DNA of 64,000 nucleotides, from positions 836 through 64,835 of IMG/VR virus record IMGVR_UViG_3300012926_000004; one strand, written 5' to 3'. The DNA comes from a virus. This document shows, in pieces, positions 36,216-45,843 of this stretch (positions within the stretch are counted from its first letter, which is position 1; each line of letters begins with the position of its first letter). The notes beneath the pieces were generated by a model. That model was not told where the DNA came from, made no database searches, and worked only from the letters and a program-made list of their open reading frames with translations. The position numbers and the translations under genes were made by a program.

Positions 36216-39200
36216 GAGTTCAAGTCCGTTCTGGCGTAGCCTTTAGCACCCTCGTCTATCGCCTTGGATTCGATCTGCGGTGCGGCCCAAAACTGAAAAT
36301 TAGTAGTCTGATCCGTTGAGATAGCGATCATGCGCCAGAGGCGCGGCTTCCAGGCGCGGAAAAGTTTGCGGATCACGAGACGGTTGTTCTGGCTCGGGCT
36401 GGCCGGCAGCGTAAACGTGTAGTACGGAACCGGATTGCCGTCAGCGAACAACCTGATTGTGATCTCGGCTGCCGAAGTGTAGTCGAAGTAACCCTGCTTG
36501 ATGATTTTGGATTCGTCCGAGCCCAGCTTGATCCAGTAGGTGTCAAAGTTGACATTAGGGTCGGCCAGCATCGCAGCATAGACGTTTTCCTGGTACAGAA
36601 TCGGTGCTGTCGTGACCGAGATCGTGTGTCGGATCGACGCTGAGTAAGCCTCGAAGCCGTCGCCTCCGCCTTGGTTCGGGAAGAACCCGGCTGGTTCGGA
36701 GACTATGAGCTGAACCTTGTCGCGTAGATTGCCAGTATTGATCGCAGCTAGAGGAATCGTCACCGGCGGTTCCGTATTGAAAATCATCTGGGTCAGCATG
36801 GTCTGCGAGAACGTATTGCAGTCGGTTTCGAGCATGTTCCATTGCTTTGGGTAGTGAGGCTTGCCGAGGTCGTAGAACGGTGACTGGATAATCATCTGGA
36901 CAGGCAGCTTGGCCAGGGTCCCGCCGGAGTAACCGCCATCGTCATAGTCCTGAGTCAGGACCTGGTCCTGGACGATATAGTTCTGGCCGACGTTCGGGCC
37001 GGAGGCTAGGACTTTGGCTGCGAGTAGTACGTTCGTGTCAGGCTCCCAGAGCATCGCTGTAGCCGGCACATCGTCGTATCGGAATCGCTGGTAGACAGTG
37101 TCAAAAGCTATCCGGTACCGGTTGCCGTTCAGCGCCCAGTAAGCCTGATAGACGACATTGTTGTAGTACGCCATGACTACGGTCGAGACGCGTGCCGGGT
37201 CCAACACCGGCACTGGAGTCAGTGACTGCTGCTGACGGTAAAGGAATTCGATCGGCAGAGTCATGTAGTTGCCGTCCGCGCCGACGAACTGGCGGAGACC
37301 GTCTGTTGCGAGATACCAGACAGCGGATTCGGTCTGGCACCAACCGGTTGAGGAGACTGCGCCGTGAATTGAGCCTGTGGGTTGTGCTACAGGCTGTGCG
37401 CCACCGTTGATGATCCACCAGGTTTGCGTGGTGGCGACGAATAACGTGCCGCGCCAGTTGACAATGATCTTGATCGGGTACTGTGGCGAACCAACAGGGA
37501 TGTACTGCTGCGGGCCAAAAGACTCGGGCCGGCCGCGTTTCGAGTAGTACAGGTAATGTGGGTTGTTGGTGTCGCCGCCAAGCCAGACTTGGTCATAAGC
37601 CAAGGCGCACAGGTTGCAAGGCATACGCGGAATCGAGTAAACCGCAACCGGCTCGCCGGCGTTGTGTTGCAGCCGGACAATAGCTGAGAATGTGCCCACA
37701 CCGCCAGCGATCACGCGAGTCTGTTCGAGGTTGTAGCTGTAGCCTATGTCAACGATCTGGTTCGGCACGAAGTTAGCGCCGGCCTGTGAGACGGTTATGG
37801 TTTGCGGTGCAAAACCTGAGAACACAGAGAAGCCAGGGCCGACTGTAGCTGCCGAGAGCGACGTGATGATTGGAGCCTGCAGGGACGAGGTCACAGGTGG
37901 ATCGTTGTCAAGGATTAGGGGAGCTGCCTGAGCCAGGACAGCATCCGGCACAACATCCTTGATCTGGAACTGCCCGCCGCCTACAATGTTGGGTATTTGT
38001 AGCAACTGAAACCAATTGGACGAGCGTACGCCGCCGCGTCGATAGAACCTGAGGTAGGTCACCTGTGGATCGTTGCTGTAGAGACCGGTTAGCTGGTTGG
38101 CCTGGCTGAGCACAATCGGCGCTACGAGCGAATTCACCCAGCCGTATTGTGAGCCACCGAAGTTCTGTATTGGTGTGCCATTGGACTCGGTGCCGGTAGC
38201 GTCATTGTAGTAGGTCTGGCGGTAGTCGAAACCAACGCCGCCGAAGCTGGTCGGACCATAGCCCCACTGCAGGTAGAGTCCGTTACAAGCAACCGTAGAC
38301 GCGCCAATCGTGTTCGTGTCGATGATTAGTTCCCAGCCAGAGACGCGCGCCCAGTCAACGCCCGATTCGCCAGCTGTACCTACAGGCACAAAGTCGCCGC
38401 GGCGCAGGCGCACTGCGATCCAGGAGGTCGAGCCAGTGCCAAGATTCCCGGGCTGGAGCTGCGCTGTGGTCGAGTTCGGCGGCTGTGACGTGGTCAAGCC
38501 TAAGGTGTTAGCCAGAATCTGTTGTTCCTGAGTCGTGTAGGCTGTTTCGAGGTTCTGCACGCCAGTCTGAAAATAAGCCGGAGCAATATCCTTGTAATAG
38601 TAACTGGTGGTGTACTGGCTACCAGCGATATCGAACTGTAGGCGAATATTGTCAACCGCCGCAGCATTCGAGACGGCTAGCGTCAGCACGATCAGATCGT
38701 CATCTGTGACTTGGTTGTTCTGGCTGAGGTCGAAGTTCGCTGTGACTTTGACGGTAGCTTCCGTGTTCTGGCCTACAGATCCTTGCCAGGCATTGATAGG
38801 ATAATTTGAAGCCACAGTCGGAGCCTGACCGTAGAAGCCCCAGACTGAAGCTTGTGGGTTGTACGGCACGGAGTAGATGTTGTTGATGATGGCCTGAGCT
38901 GGCTGTGTGCCCGTGGGCGTCATGTAACAGATGCCACCGGTAGCGTTCAGGAAGACTGCGCTAGGGAAAGGCACAGTCAAGGTGTTGGTACCTGTAGAAG
39001 TACCTAAGTAGTAACCGCCGATCAGCGAATTCGTAGTGCCCTGGATCGAGCAGTTGGTGGTGCCACCAATCGGGACACCATGTGGGCCGTTCATTGTGAT
39101 CTGCAGTAATTGGTATAGCCCGCCCGAGAGGCCAATTGAGATCACACTGAAGATCGTCTGCTGAGTGACCACAGTCCCGCTGCCAGTGTTCGATAGCATG

Positions 39201-39889
39201 CCATTTGCGATTTGCGCCAGCGAGCCGACGTTCGCGTTGAACATCTGAGGAAAGTCTGTGACCTGGACGCCGAACTGAAAGTTAAGGGTGGCTACAGAAG
39301 TCTGATTCCAACCGCCCGAGAAGCCGGTTGTGGCATAGCTGTTACCGGCGGCAAAGCTGTCTACGAGTAGGAGGAGCGGCGCATAAGGGTAGGTGTTGAG
39401 CGTGTTCGGCGACGGGTCGATTCCGGTGAGAGTAGGTGTGCCCGCGCCCGTGTCCTTGATGGATATATTGGCGTCATAGATGAAATTGAACGGTAGCGCT
39501 GTCTCGAAGCAGTTGGTGACAACAGATTGCCAGGGCTGACCAGAGAGCCCGGTGCGAATCTGACTGAACTGGCCTTGACCACCGCCAGCTAGACGGTAGA
39601 GGATTCCGCCGGTATCGCCGGCATAGCGCCATGACTGGCCTTTGTAGGACAGGCGGGACATGGAGTTGATGGCGTTTAGGAAGGGATAGTTCGAGGTGCC
39701 GAAGCCTAGCGGGTCCCGGTTGATGATCACGGTGCCATAGCGGCTGGACATTATGTTCTCAGCACGTTCCAGGCAGTTCAGAAGGTCGAGGTATGTATTC
39801 GGAGGCGGCTGATCGGCGATAGCGCGGGCAGTTAGGCCATGCGACTGATATAGAAACGAAACCGGCGCGTAACTTGTGTCTTGTGCCAT
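36212..39889 (-). CDS. tail tubular protein B / nozzle-like (P22 gp10 / T7 gp12 analogue)
   Basis: 1225 aa beta-rich; LYYSKRGRPESF, HGAVSSTGW, WYLATDGL beta-propeller-type motifs. Confidence 0.75.
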   Translation of the reverse strand: MAQDTSYAPVSFLYQSHGLTARAIADQPPPNTYLDLLNCLERAENIMSSRYGTVIINRDPLGFGTSNYPFLNAINSMSRLSYKGQSWRYAGDTGGILYRLAGGGQGQFSQIRTGLSGQPWQSVVTNCFETALPFNFIYDANISIKDTGAGTPTLTGIDPSPNTLNTYPYAPLLLLVDSFAAGNSYATTGFSGGWNQTSVATLNFQFGVQVTDFPQMFNANVGSLAQIANGMLSNTGSGTVVTQQTIFSVISIGLSGGLYQLLQITMNGPHGVPIGGTTNCSIQGTTNSLIGGYYLGTSTGTNTLTVPFPSAVFLNATGGICYMTPTGTQPAQAIINNIYSVPYNPQASVWGFYGQAPTVASNYPINAWQGSVGQNTEATVKVTANFDLSQNNQVTDDDLIVLTLAVSNAAAVDNIRLQFDIAGSQYTTSYYYKDIAPAYFQTGVQNLETAYTTQEQQILANTLGLTTSQPPNSTTAQLQPGNLGTGSTSWIAVRLRRGDFVPVGTAGESGVDWARVSGWELIIDTNTIGASTVACNGLYLQWGYGPTSFGGVGFDYRQTYYNDATGTESNGTPIQNFGGSQYGWVNSLVAPIVLSQANQLTGLYSNDPQVTYLRFYRRGGVRSSNWFQLLQIPNIVGGGQFQIKDVVPDAVLAQAAPLILDNDPPVTSSLQAPIITSLSAATVGPGFSVFSGFAPQTITVSQAGANFVPNQIVDIGYSYNLEQTRVIAGGVGTFSAIVRLQHNAGEPVAVYSIPRMPCNLCALAYDQVWLGGDTNNPHYLYYSKRGRPESFGPQQYIPVGSPQYPIKIIVNWRGTLFVATTQTWWIINGGAQPVAQPTGSIHGAVSSTGWCQTESAVWYLATDGLRQFVGADGNYMTLPIEFLYRQQQSLTPVPVLDPARVSTVVMAYYNNVVYQAYWALNGNRYRIAFDTVYQRFRYDDVPATAMLWEPDTNVLLAAKVLASGPNVGQNYIVQDQVLTQDYDDGGYSGGTLAKLPVQMIIQSPFYDLGKPHYPKQWNMLETDCNTFSQTMLTQMIFNTEPPVTIPLAAINTGNLRDKVQLIVSEPAGFFPNQGGGDGFEAYSASIRHTISVTTAPILYQENVYAAMLADPNVNFDTYWIKLGSDESKIIKQGYFDYTSAAEITIRLFADGNPVPYYTFTLPASPSQNNRLVIRKLFRAWKPRLWRMIAISTDQTTNFQFWAAPQIESKAIDEGAKGYARTDLNS

Positions 39890-39898
39890 ACCACATAC

Positions 39899-39927
39899 AG
39901 CATATTGTGGTTAGCGCGCTAACTCAA
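39899..39927 (-). promoter_or_regulatory. sigma70-type promoter with palindrome
   Basis: TTGAGT-N17-TATGCT; GTTAGCGCGCTAAC palindrome at 39910-39923; 9 nt to ATG 39889. Confidence 0.55.
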
Positions 39928-40024
39928 TAACCACTTGCGTTCCAACATGCATTGATGTAATGTGTAGTTGGGTTTATGTTTTGGTTCGATATCTACGCAG
40001 GTGGGTGATTTGCAGTCACTCACC

Positions 40025-40342
40025 TTATTTTTTGCCTGCGAACAGAACCCGGCCTTGCATCGCAGCCGCAGCTGAGCGGGTGTTGTCTATGTGCCGTTTT
40101 CGCTCAGCAATCTTGTCGTGATGTTTCTCCAGCCAGCATTCGATCGCGCAACACATCGAATCATGGCATGGTGTTACACCTTGTTCGTGAAATGCACACA
40201 TCAATGCTTCGGGAGCGACCATCATAATCTCGTCTGGTCCTTGTGTGGTGTTGCCCTGCTCGTCGGTTTCCTCGAACCTGACCTTGCAGTGCACGTAACC
40301 GGTCATGCCGTCAACGGATTGTTCTAGTATTCTAAGTGGCAT
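40025..40342 (-). CDS. hypothetical protein
   Basis: AAGGGAG RBS. Confidence 0.6.
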   Translation of the reverse strand: MPLRILEQSVDGMTGYVHCKVRFEETDEQGNTTQGPDEIMMVAPEALMCAFHEQGVTPCHDSMCCAIECWLEKHHDKIAERKRHIDNTRSAAAAMQGRVLFAGKK

Positions 40343-40359
40343 ATGAGCTCCCTTTCTTC

Positions 40360-41382
40360 CTATAGTCTCGCTACGATCCGGTTGCCGTTGTTCTGTGCAA
40401 TCGGGATCGTAGCGCCTGCAGCTGATTGGGTTGAGACTACACCGGATGAATCGACTACGACCACAGCGATCATAACCTGACCATCGATATTGGCTTCGAG
40501 ACGGTGTTGCTGCGAGTCGGAGTCGAACGGGCCTGAGATGGCTAGGTTCTGGCTGGGGTATTTGAGGTAGACGTAGAAGACGCCGGAGGAGGTGACTGTG
40601 CCGCCTGAATTGCCTACCGGATCGGGAGCCTGGCCGAATTGGTTCCAGATCAATGTAGTTGACGTAGCTGAACTGAGGATGAATGTGCCAGAGTAGCTTG
40701 GGCCGGAGCCGGCACCGCCACCAACACCCGCAATCAACACAGATTGGCCTGCAGTTAGACCAACAAAAGTGCCCGTAGCTGTGACCACACCAGCAGCGTT
40801 TCTGTTGATCGAGACGATTGCTTGCGAGGTCGGAATCGGCACCGTCGCCGTAAACGTATTGAATGGAGCCTGTGAGCCGTCAACACGCAGGTGGTACCCA
40901 GCAGGGATCGTAAAGCTGACTACGCCACCACCCGCAGCTCCTGCCTGCACCGTTGTCGTGTTCGTCGTCGGCGCTGTGTTGCTTACTGCGGTTAGATAAG
41001 TCGAGTACTTCTCCTGCTGTTGCTTGCTGTTCAGCGCACGATAGGTCCGTAATGTGTGCGTGCCACCTGCCTCCAACTTCGGCTGCAGCACGCTCGCCGA
41101 GTAATTCGATTCAGCATGGCTCTGGCTGATAGCGTCCGTGGAGCTCTGGGGCTCGCCCACGTTACTGATTGTGCTGCCGCCTACGTCTACGCCGTTCGCA
41201 AGCTGTGCTGGGCCAGTCGTGCCTAGCACCGAGTTCAACTTCGTAAACACCTGACTGAAGATTGTATTGAACGTAGCCGGATCTTTCAGGTCGTCCGCAG
41301 TCAGCTGCGTGTACTGAATCGGCGTTGTGCCGGTGTTGGTGGCTACGGAGTTATTCGGATTGGATTGAAATGGTCCTGGCAT
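40360..41382 (-). CDS. tail/virion structural protein (fibre-like, no signal peptide)
   Basis: Thr/Gly-rich; GSTISNVGEPQSSTDA fibre-like motif; ubiquitin-activating-E1-FCCH-like beta insert. Confidence 0.6.
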   Translation of the reverse strand: MPGPFQSNPNNSVATNTGTTPIQYTQLTADDLKDPATFNTIFSQVFTKLNSVLGTTGPAQLANGVDVGGSTISNVGEPQSSTDAISQSHAESNYSASVLQPKLEAGGTHTLRTYRALNSKQQQEKYSTYLTAVSNTAPTTNTTTVQAGAAGGGVVSFTIPAGYHLRVDGSQAPFNTFTATVPIPTSQAIVSINRNAAGVVTATGTFVGLTAGQSVLIAGVGGGAGSGPSYSGTFILSSATSTTLIWNQFGQAPDPVGNSGGTVTSSGVFYVYLKYPSQNLAISGPFDSDSQQHRLEANIDGQVMIAVVVVDSSGVVSTQSAAGATIPIAQNNGNRIVARL

Positions 41383-41406
41383 AAATCACCTGGCGTCTAG
41401 CCTAGC

Positions 41407-42609
41407 CTAGCTATTCCCTTGCATGTTCAGTGGAGCTTCGACGAATCCGTGCAGGTATCGGTCGCATGCGATCACGCCCATGTCGAAGCGCATGCGACAG
41501 TAAGCAGCGTAGGAAGGTGACCGAGCCTCGCCGTCTTTGGTCAGTGCATACTCCATGGCCTTGTACTTGACGAAATGCAGCATCATGTCTGGCAGGAGGA
41601 AGCCATCCAGCAAGCCCAGGGTATCTGTGTCACGCACACTCGCCATGTACTCAGCGTAATAGTTGTTCATCGGCACTGGTGCGAGGCCCAGGCCATAGTT
41701 CCCAGCACGGTCTTCATACCAGAAGCCTGGATCCGCACCGCCATTGTTGAAGTACCATTGCGGATCGCGGTTGGCCACTTGCTCTTGCGTAGTCTCGTAC
41801 AGCCGAGGGTAGAGTAGAACGTTTATCGTGCCTCCAGTCGATGAGGCGTTTGGTCCCGGCTGGCTCCAGATTACTTGGCCTCCGCCGGCAACTACGATCG
41901 GAAACAAGCTGGAGTTAGCTGTGCTGATTGAGTTGAAGCTGGGATCGGCTACGTCGGTTACGTAGATCAGTTCCTGTGATGTCAATGGGCATGGACCAGC
42001 CATCGTGGCCTGAATGAAGCCACCGAGCGTGCGCGTTATGGTAGCGATTGGGTAGGACACGCGGCCGACTTGCAGTGCGACTCGTTCCAACTCGATAAAG
42101 TTCTGCGGATAAGTCTGGAACTGCTGGCCGATATTGAACACGTGCTGGTCAGTCAGGATCTGATAGATGATCGGGCACTTGATCAGGAATTCGTTTTGAG
42201 CGCGGGCCACGTACCCTAGCATTTCGGTCTGGGTCCACAGTGGATCTGTGGGTGCCTGGGTCGGGAAGGTGGGCGCGAGGATTGTCTCGCCGATGCTATG
42301 TGCGTTCAGCAGCGGCTCGATCGAGACTTCCTTGGTGGTGTAGTTCACGAAGATCACGTTGCCGACTTCAGCGGTGGGCAGGTTCCAGCCGACTACGACT
42401 TGCGCGCCCACGTAAAATCCAGTCAGGTCGTTGACGCCGATCACGAAGCCGTTAGGGCCGCCGTAGCCGCCTGTGCCGAAGCCGCCGTCGCCAAAGCCAC
42501 CCTGCCGAAAAGTCGTGATCGTAGCGTTCACGACTTGCTCGATTAAATGGTAGCTGATCTCCATAAGGAGGTCACATGGTGTGCGGATTCCATTGATACG
42601 AGCGGCCAC
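41407..42609 (-). CDS. phage adaptor/ring-like protein with beta inserts
   Basis: LGYVARAQNEF N-helix, LAPVP motif, FVKYKAMEYALTKDGE C-helix. Confidence 0.55.
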   Translation of the reverse strand: MAARINGIRTPCDLLMEISYHLIEQVVNATITTFRQGGFGDGGFGTGGYGGPNGFVIGVNDLTGFYVGAQVVVGWNLPTAEVGNVIFVNYTTKEVSIEPLLNAHSIGETILAPTFPTQAPTDPLWTQTEMLGYVARAQNEFLIKCPIIYQILTDQHVFNIGQQFQTYPQNFIELERVALQVGRVSYPIATITRTLGGFIQATMAGPCPLTSQELIYVTDVADPSFNSISTANSSLFPIVVAGGGQVIWSQPGPNASSTGGTINVLLYPRLYETTQEQVANRDPQWYFNNGGADPGFWYEDRAGNYGLGLAPVPMNNYYAEYMASVRDTDTLGLLDGFLLPDMMLHFVKYKAMEYALTKDGEARSPSYAAYCRMRFDMGVIACDRYLHGFVEAPLNMQGNS

Positions 42610-42619
42610 AGCAAGCTCC

Positions 42620-43285
42620 TTAGGCGAGTTGTTCCAGCGTGAAGTATACGTTGTAGATCGGTGCAGGGCCGGTGTTGCCCTTACAGATTATTTGGATCTG
42701 CGTGTTGGCAAGAGCATGGATCGGAAACGTCAACGGGATGCGCGGGCTGATAAGCGTGTTGTGCGTACCGTCGGCCGACTGCCAGTTGACAGTGAACTGG
42801 CCGATTTGTTCGTTCGAGGAATCGGTGGTGAAGTTGCCACGGTAGATGCCGTCTGCAGGGACTGTATAAGCGTTGATGATCTGGTCGCCTTGTTGGTTGG
42901 GGACGAGGAGGTTGGCGACAACGGAATAGGTTGGGAGCAGGGAAATGGGTAGGACGAGCTCGACGGCGTAGTGGATCGTGGTGAGGTCGGTTGGGAGCGC
43001 GTTGAGCGTGGCCAGGCTAAGCGTTTGGCCGGCTGCGACGAAGACTGGGAGGGTTGCGAAGTTCCCCCAGGCAGTGTTGAAGGTGTCAGGTTCTGCGGCA
43101 CGGTTCTGCAGGCCATCGTTCCAAGCTACCTGGACCTTGTTGAGGGTTGAAGCTGTGATGAGAGTCTCGTAGAAGGAGACGATGACAAGCGAGTCGATCA
43201 GGGGTGTGTAGATCGCGGTGGGCGCTAGGTTCCCGGAGAACTGGTTGAAGGAGCCTGATGCGACGACGGTGGAGGGTTGGGGCAT
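42620..43285 (-). CDS. two-domain beta-rich structural protein
   Basis: internal duplication; N-terminus paralogous to 43310..43651. Confidence 0.65.
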   Translation of the reverse strand: MPQPSTVVASGSFNQFSGNLAPTAIYTPLIDSLVIVSFYETLITASTLNKVQVAWNDGLQNRAAEPDTFNTAWGNFATLPVFVAAGQTLSLATLNALPTDLTTIHYAVELVLPISLLPTYSVVANLLVPNQQGDQIINAYTVPADGIYRGNFTTDSSNEQIGQFTVNWQSADGTHNTLISPRIPLTFPIHALANTQIQIICKGNTGPAPIYNVYFTLEQLA

Positions 43286-43309
43286 GGGTTGGGCCTCGGC
43301 TAGTTCTAG

Positions 43310-43651
43310 TTAGTTACTGTACAAGTCAATTGCATAGTAAATAGACGCAGCTGGATCTAGAATCTGCGCCCCTTCAGTAGATAGCGATAGTGCGGTGCCG
43401 CCCTTGATTCGGAATGGCAGCGAGATTGATTGTGCGTTTGGGGCCACGGACAGGTTCGTGATCAGGACCGAGTTGCCACCGTTCTCGTCCTGCCAGGAGA
43501 ACCGTGCATGCCGGTTCAGCTTGGCTGAAGAAGTCATGTAGAACTGCACTGCGACGAAGGAGTCGGTGACCGGCATAAAGAGGGTCGAGACTTGCAGATC
43601 GCCGGTGAAGTTGATGAAGGAGCTTTGGAGAATGGTTGAGGGGGATGCCAT
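43310..43651 (-). CDS. beta-rich structural protein
   Basis: AAGGAG RBS before ATG 43651; paralogue of the downstream gene. Confidence 0.65.
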   Translation of the reverse strand: MASPSTILQSSFINFTGDLQVSTLFMPVTDSFVAVQFYMTSSAKLNRHARFSWQDENGGNSVLITNLSVAPNAQSISLPFRIKGGTALSLSTEGAQILDPAASIYYAIDLYSN

Positions 43652-43665
43652 GAGGGAAAGCTCCT

Positions 43666-44718
43666 TTAGTTGTGGTTGGCGATACAAGTGATCGAAGCGA
43701 AGCTTATGGAATGATCGCCTTGGGTGGCTTCCTGTACAGTTACTCCACTAGGACTCTGAGAAGTAATTCCAGTAAGAACAGCACGACCTGATGTTGGATT
43801 GCCTGGGTCACTGGGGCCATTACCGGTGCAAACAGCCACATAATTGGAGTCTCCAAACGGGCCTCCCGTCCAAGTCACAGTAACAGAGCAAACTGAATAT
43901 GAAGATGGCGTGGTTGTACACCCAATTGCCGAACCATTCTTGATTCCCGATGAGGCACTAACCGCTGTCAAGATCCGACCATCAGCGCCTACTGTAATGT
44001 TTGGAGTGGTATAAGCCCCAGGCGCAACTCCCGTCGCCGACAATCCAATATCCGTGCTCTGGTTCCCAGGGTTATTATTTACAGTAAAGCTGCCATTGAA
44101 GTTCAACCGATTCTGCTGCGGCAGCGAACTGTTAGCGAACTGCACAGTCTGATAGAACGGAGTCGGGATCAAGCTAGGCGGCAGCGTAGCCGAGTCAGCA
44201 TACGTAGTACCATTCCCAAGCAGCAGATGGTTCAGCGGTGCCGTACCGTGTAGCTGCAGCCCACCCGGGTTGATAATGCCGTTGCCGTTGCCGACTATGT
44301 TTGAGTCGACTGTGATCACGCCGGCAGCGGTTCGAGTCAGGCCAGTGTCAGACACGTTCGCGCTGACGCCAAACTTGAGCGTCGTGGGCGAGCCGTAGAC
44401 CATCGGAAACTGCAAGTTGATGTTGGTACCTAAAGGCTGCGCAACCTGTTGGCTGACTGTAGGCACGGACTGAATCGACCTGGCTATCGCAGCATCCGTG
44501 ATCAACGCGTTGTTGTTGATCGGTATATCCCAGTTCAGGTAGCCATGAGGCAGCATCCATTCCTGGTAGTTTGTCGTGCAGGTTACTCCCCCACCCGGTA
44601 CGCATGTCGACTGAGCATGTGCCGAGCCTACTACGAACGCGATCAGCAAGAACAACTCCAGCACCAGCAAGGCAGGCAGCCAAGCCATCAGCCTAGTCCT
44701 GACAACAATCTTGGTCAT
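43666..44718 (-). CDS. secreted tail-fibre-like protein
   Basis: long h-region ending AHA-Q; LNWDIPINNNALITD fibre-anchor-like motif; GAYTTPNITVGADGRILTA fibre repeat. Confidence 0.75.
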   Translation of the reverse strand: MTKIVVRTRLMAWLPALLVLELFLLIAFVVGSAHAQSTCVPGGGVTCTTNYQEWMLPHGYLNWDIPINNNALITDAAIARSIQSVPTVSQQVAQPLGTNINLQFPMVYGSPTTLKFGVSANVSDTGLTRTAAGVITVDSNIVGNGNGIINPGGLQLHGTAPLNHLLLGNGTTYADSATLPPSLIPTPFYQTVQFANSSLPQQNRLNFNGSFTVNNNPGNQSTDIGLSATGVAPGAYTTPNITVGADGRILTAVSASSGIKNGSAIGCTTTPSSYSVCSVTVTWTGGPFGDSNYVAVCTGNGPSDPGNPTSGRAVLTGITSQSPSGVTVQEATQGDHSISFASITCIANHN

Positions 44719-45181
44719 CGGTCACCACCTCCGCGCAGTTGCAGTCATAGTCTGTAGTGTCCCTCAAGTGAGCTTCAGAAGGATAGAGTTTTGGTTGAGT
44801 TTCTGCGGTCAGTCCTCGGGCGCGTCTGCGCTTGATCCACTGCTTGAGGTAGAAGTCGGTGGTTTTGGGCTGGTTCAGGAATTCGACTAGGACGTCGCCG
44901 CGGAGTTGGATGTTGTTGTGGCGCACGGTCAGGCAGTGGTGCTCGGCAGTGCGGTCGATCATGGCGCGGAGGGATGCTGGACGGACTTGCGGCAGGCCAA
45001 GGTTATTGGCAACGAGTTCGACTGCAGCGACGAGTGGAATATGCGGAAAGTCATCCAGGGGGTCAAGACGGAGCTGCTGTTCCAGGTATTCGAGGATGGC
45101 CAGGGTCGAATCGCGAGGGTAGCTACGAGTTGCCAGCAGCTTTAGCGTGCCACTACTCAGCTGACGTGTCACTGTCGTCAC
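44693..45181 (-). CDS. hypothetical protein (possible DNA binding)
   Basis: coupled to upstream gene; basic WIKRRRARG segment; Cys-rich tail. Confidence 0.6.
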   Translation of the reverse strand: MTTVTRQLSSGTLKLLATRSYPRDSTLAILEYLEQQLRLDPLDDFPHIPLVAAVELVANNLGLPQVRPASLRAMIDRTAEHHCLTVRHNNIQLRGDVLVEFLNQPKTTDFYLKQWIKRRRARGLTAETQPKLYPSEAHLRDTTDYDCNCAEVVTDDQDCCQD

Positions 45182-45758
45182 CTGAATCCATAGAGAACGA
45201 TGAAGGTTGGACTGACTGAGGCTGAGATTGCGCTTCGGGAAGTCGATGTATGCCTGATGGGTCGACTAGGATAGCTGACGAGTGAGCGGGGATCTGGCCG
45301 GTTCGAGCTGCCATAATTGCCTGGCTTGCCTCTGAAGGCTTCCGGCCGCGCCGGGTTTTCTGGGTTTTACGGCTGCGGCTTCTGGTTTTGGCTGGCGGAA
45401 TGATCTGCGGAGCCACTAGTTTAGCCTCAGCTACGTGCTTCACAGCCCGGATCCCAGACTCCTGCTCGGCTATAGCAGGTTTGTCTGCTGGCTTCGCGCC
45501 CAGCCATCCCTTCGCCATGCAGAACCCACACCGCTCCGGCCGAGGCTCCTGGCCGTTGCGCGCATTCTTGAAGATGACGCCCGCGCCGTTGCATTCATGG
45601 CATTTCTTCAGCCACTTGGTGCCGAAGCACATCGGGCAGGCGCGGCCGGGAAGCACGCCCAGGCACAAGCAGCGTTTGTAATTGACTGGAGGTGTGATAT
45701 TGAGCTCTTCAGGCTGGGCGGAGCGCGGCGTAGTGAAAGCAGATAGGAGAGAACTCAT
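45153..45758 (-). CDS. DnaJ-type zinc-finger protein
   Basis: CLCLG, CPMCFGT, CHECNGAG, CGFCMAKG repeats; basic low-complexity tail. Confidence 0.7.
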   Translation of the reverse strand: MSSLLSAFTTPRSAQPEELNITPPVNYKRCLCLGVLPGRACPMCFGTKWLKKCHECNGAGVIFKNARNGQEPRPERCGFCMAKGWLGAKPADKPAIAEQESGIRAVKHVAEAKLVAPQIIPPAKTRSRSRKTQKTRRGRKPSEASQAIMAARTGQIPAHSSAILVDPSGIHRLPEAQSQPQSVQPSSFSMDSGDDSDTSAE

Positions 45759-45816
45759 AGCAAGGCACCTCGACTACAGGGTATCGTGTAAATGTCGTGT
45801 AGTCTAGTGCCTTGCT
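45759..45816 (-). promoter_or_regulatory. RBS-sequestering hairpin
   Basis: AGCAAGGCAC/GTGCCTTGCT and GACTACA/TGTAGTC stems; GAGGT lies in the 3' arm, which ends next to the ATG. Confidence 0.6.
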
Positions 45817-45843
45817 GTGGGTCAGGTACAACAGGTGGTACGG

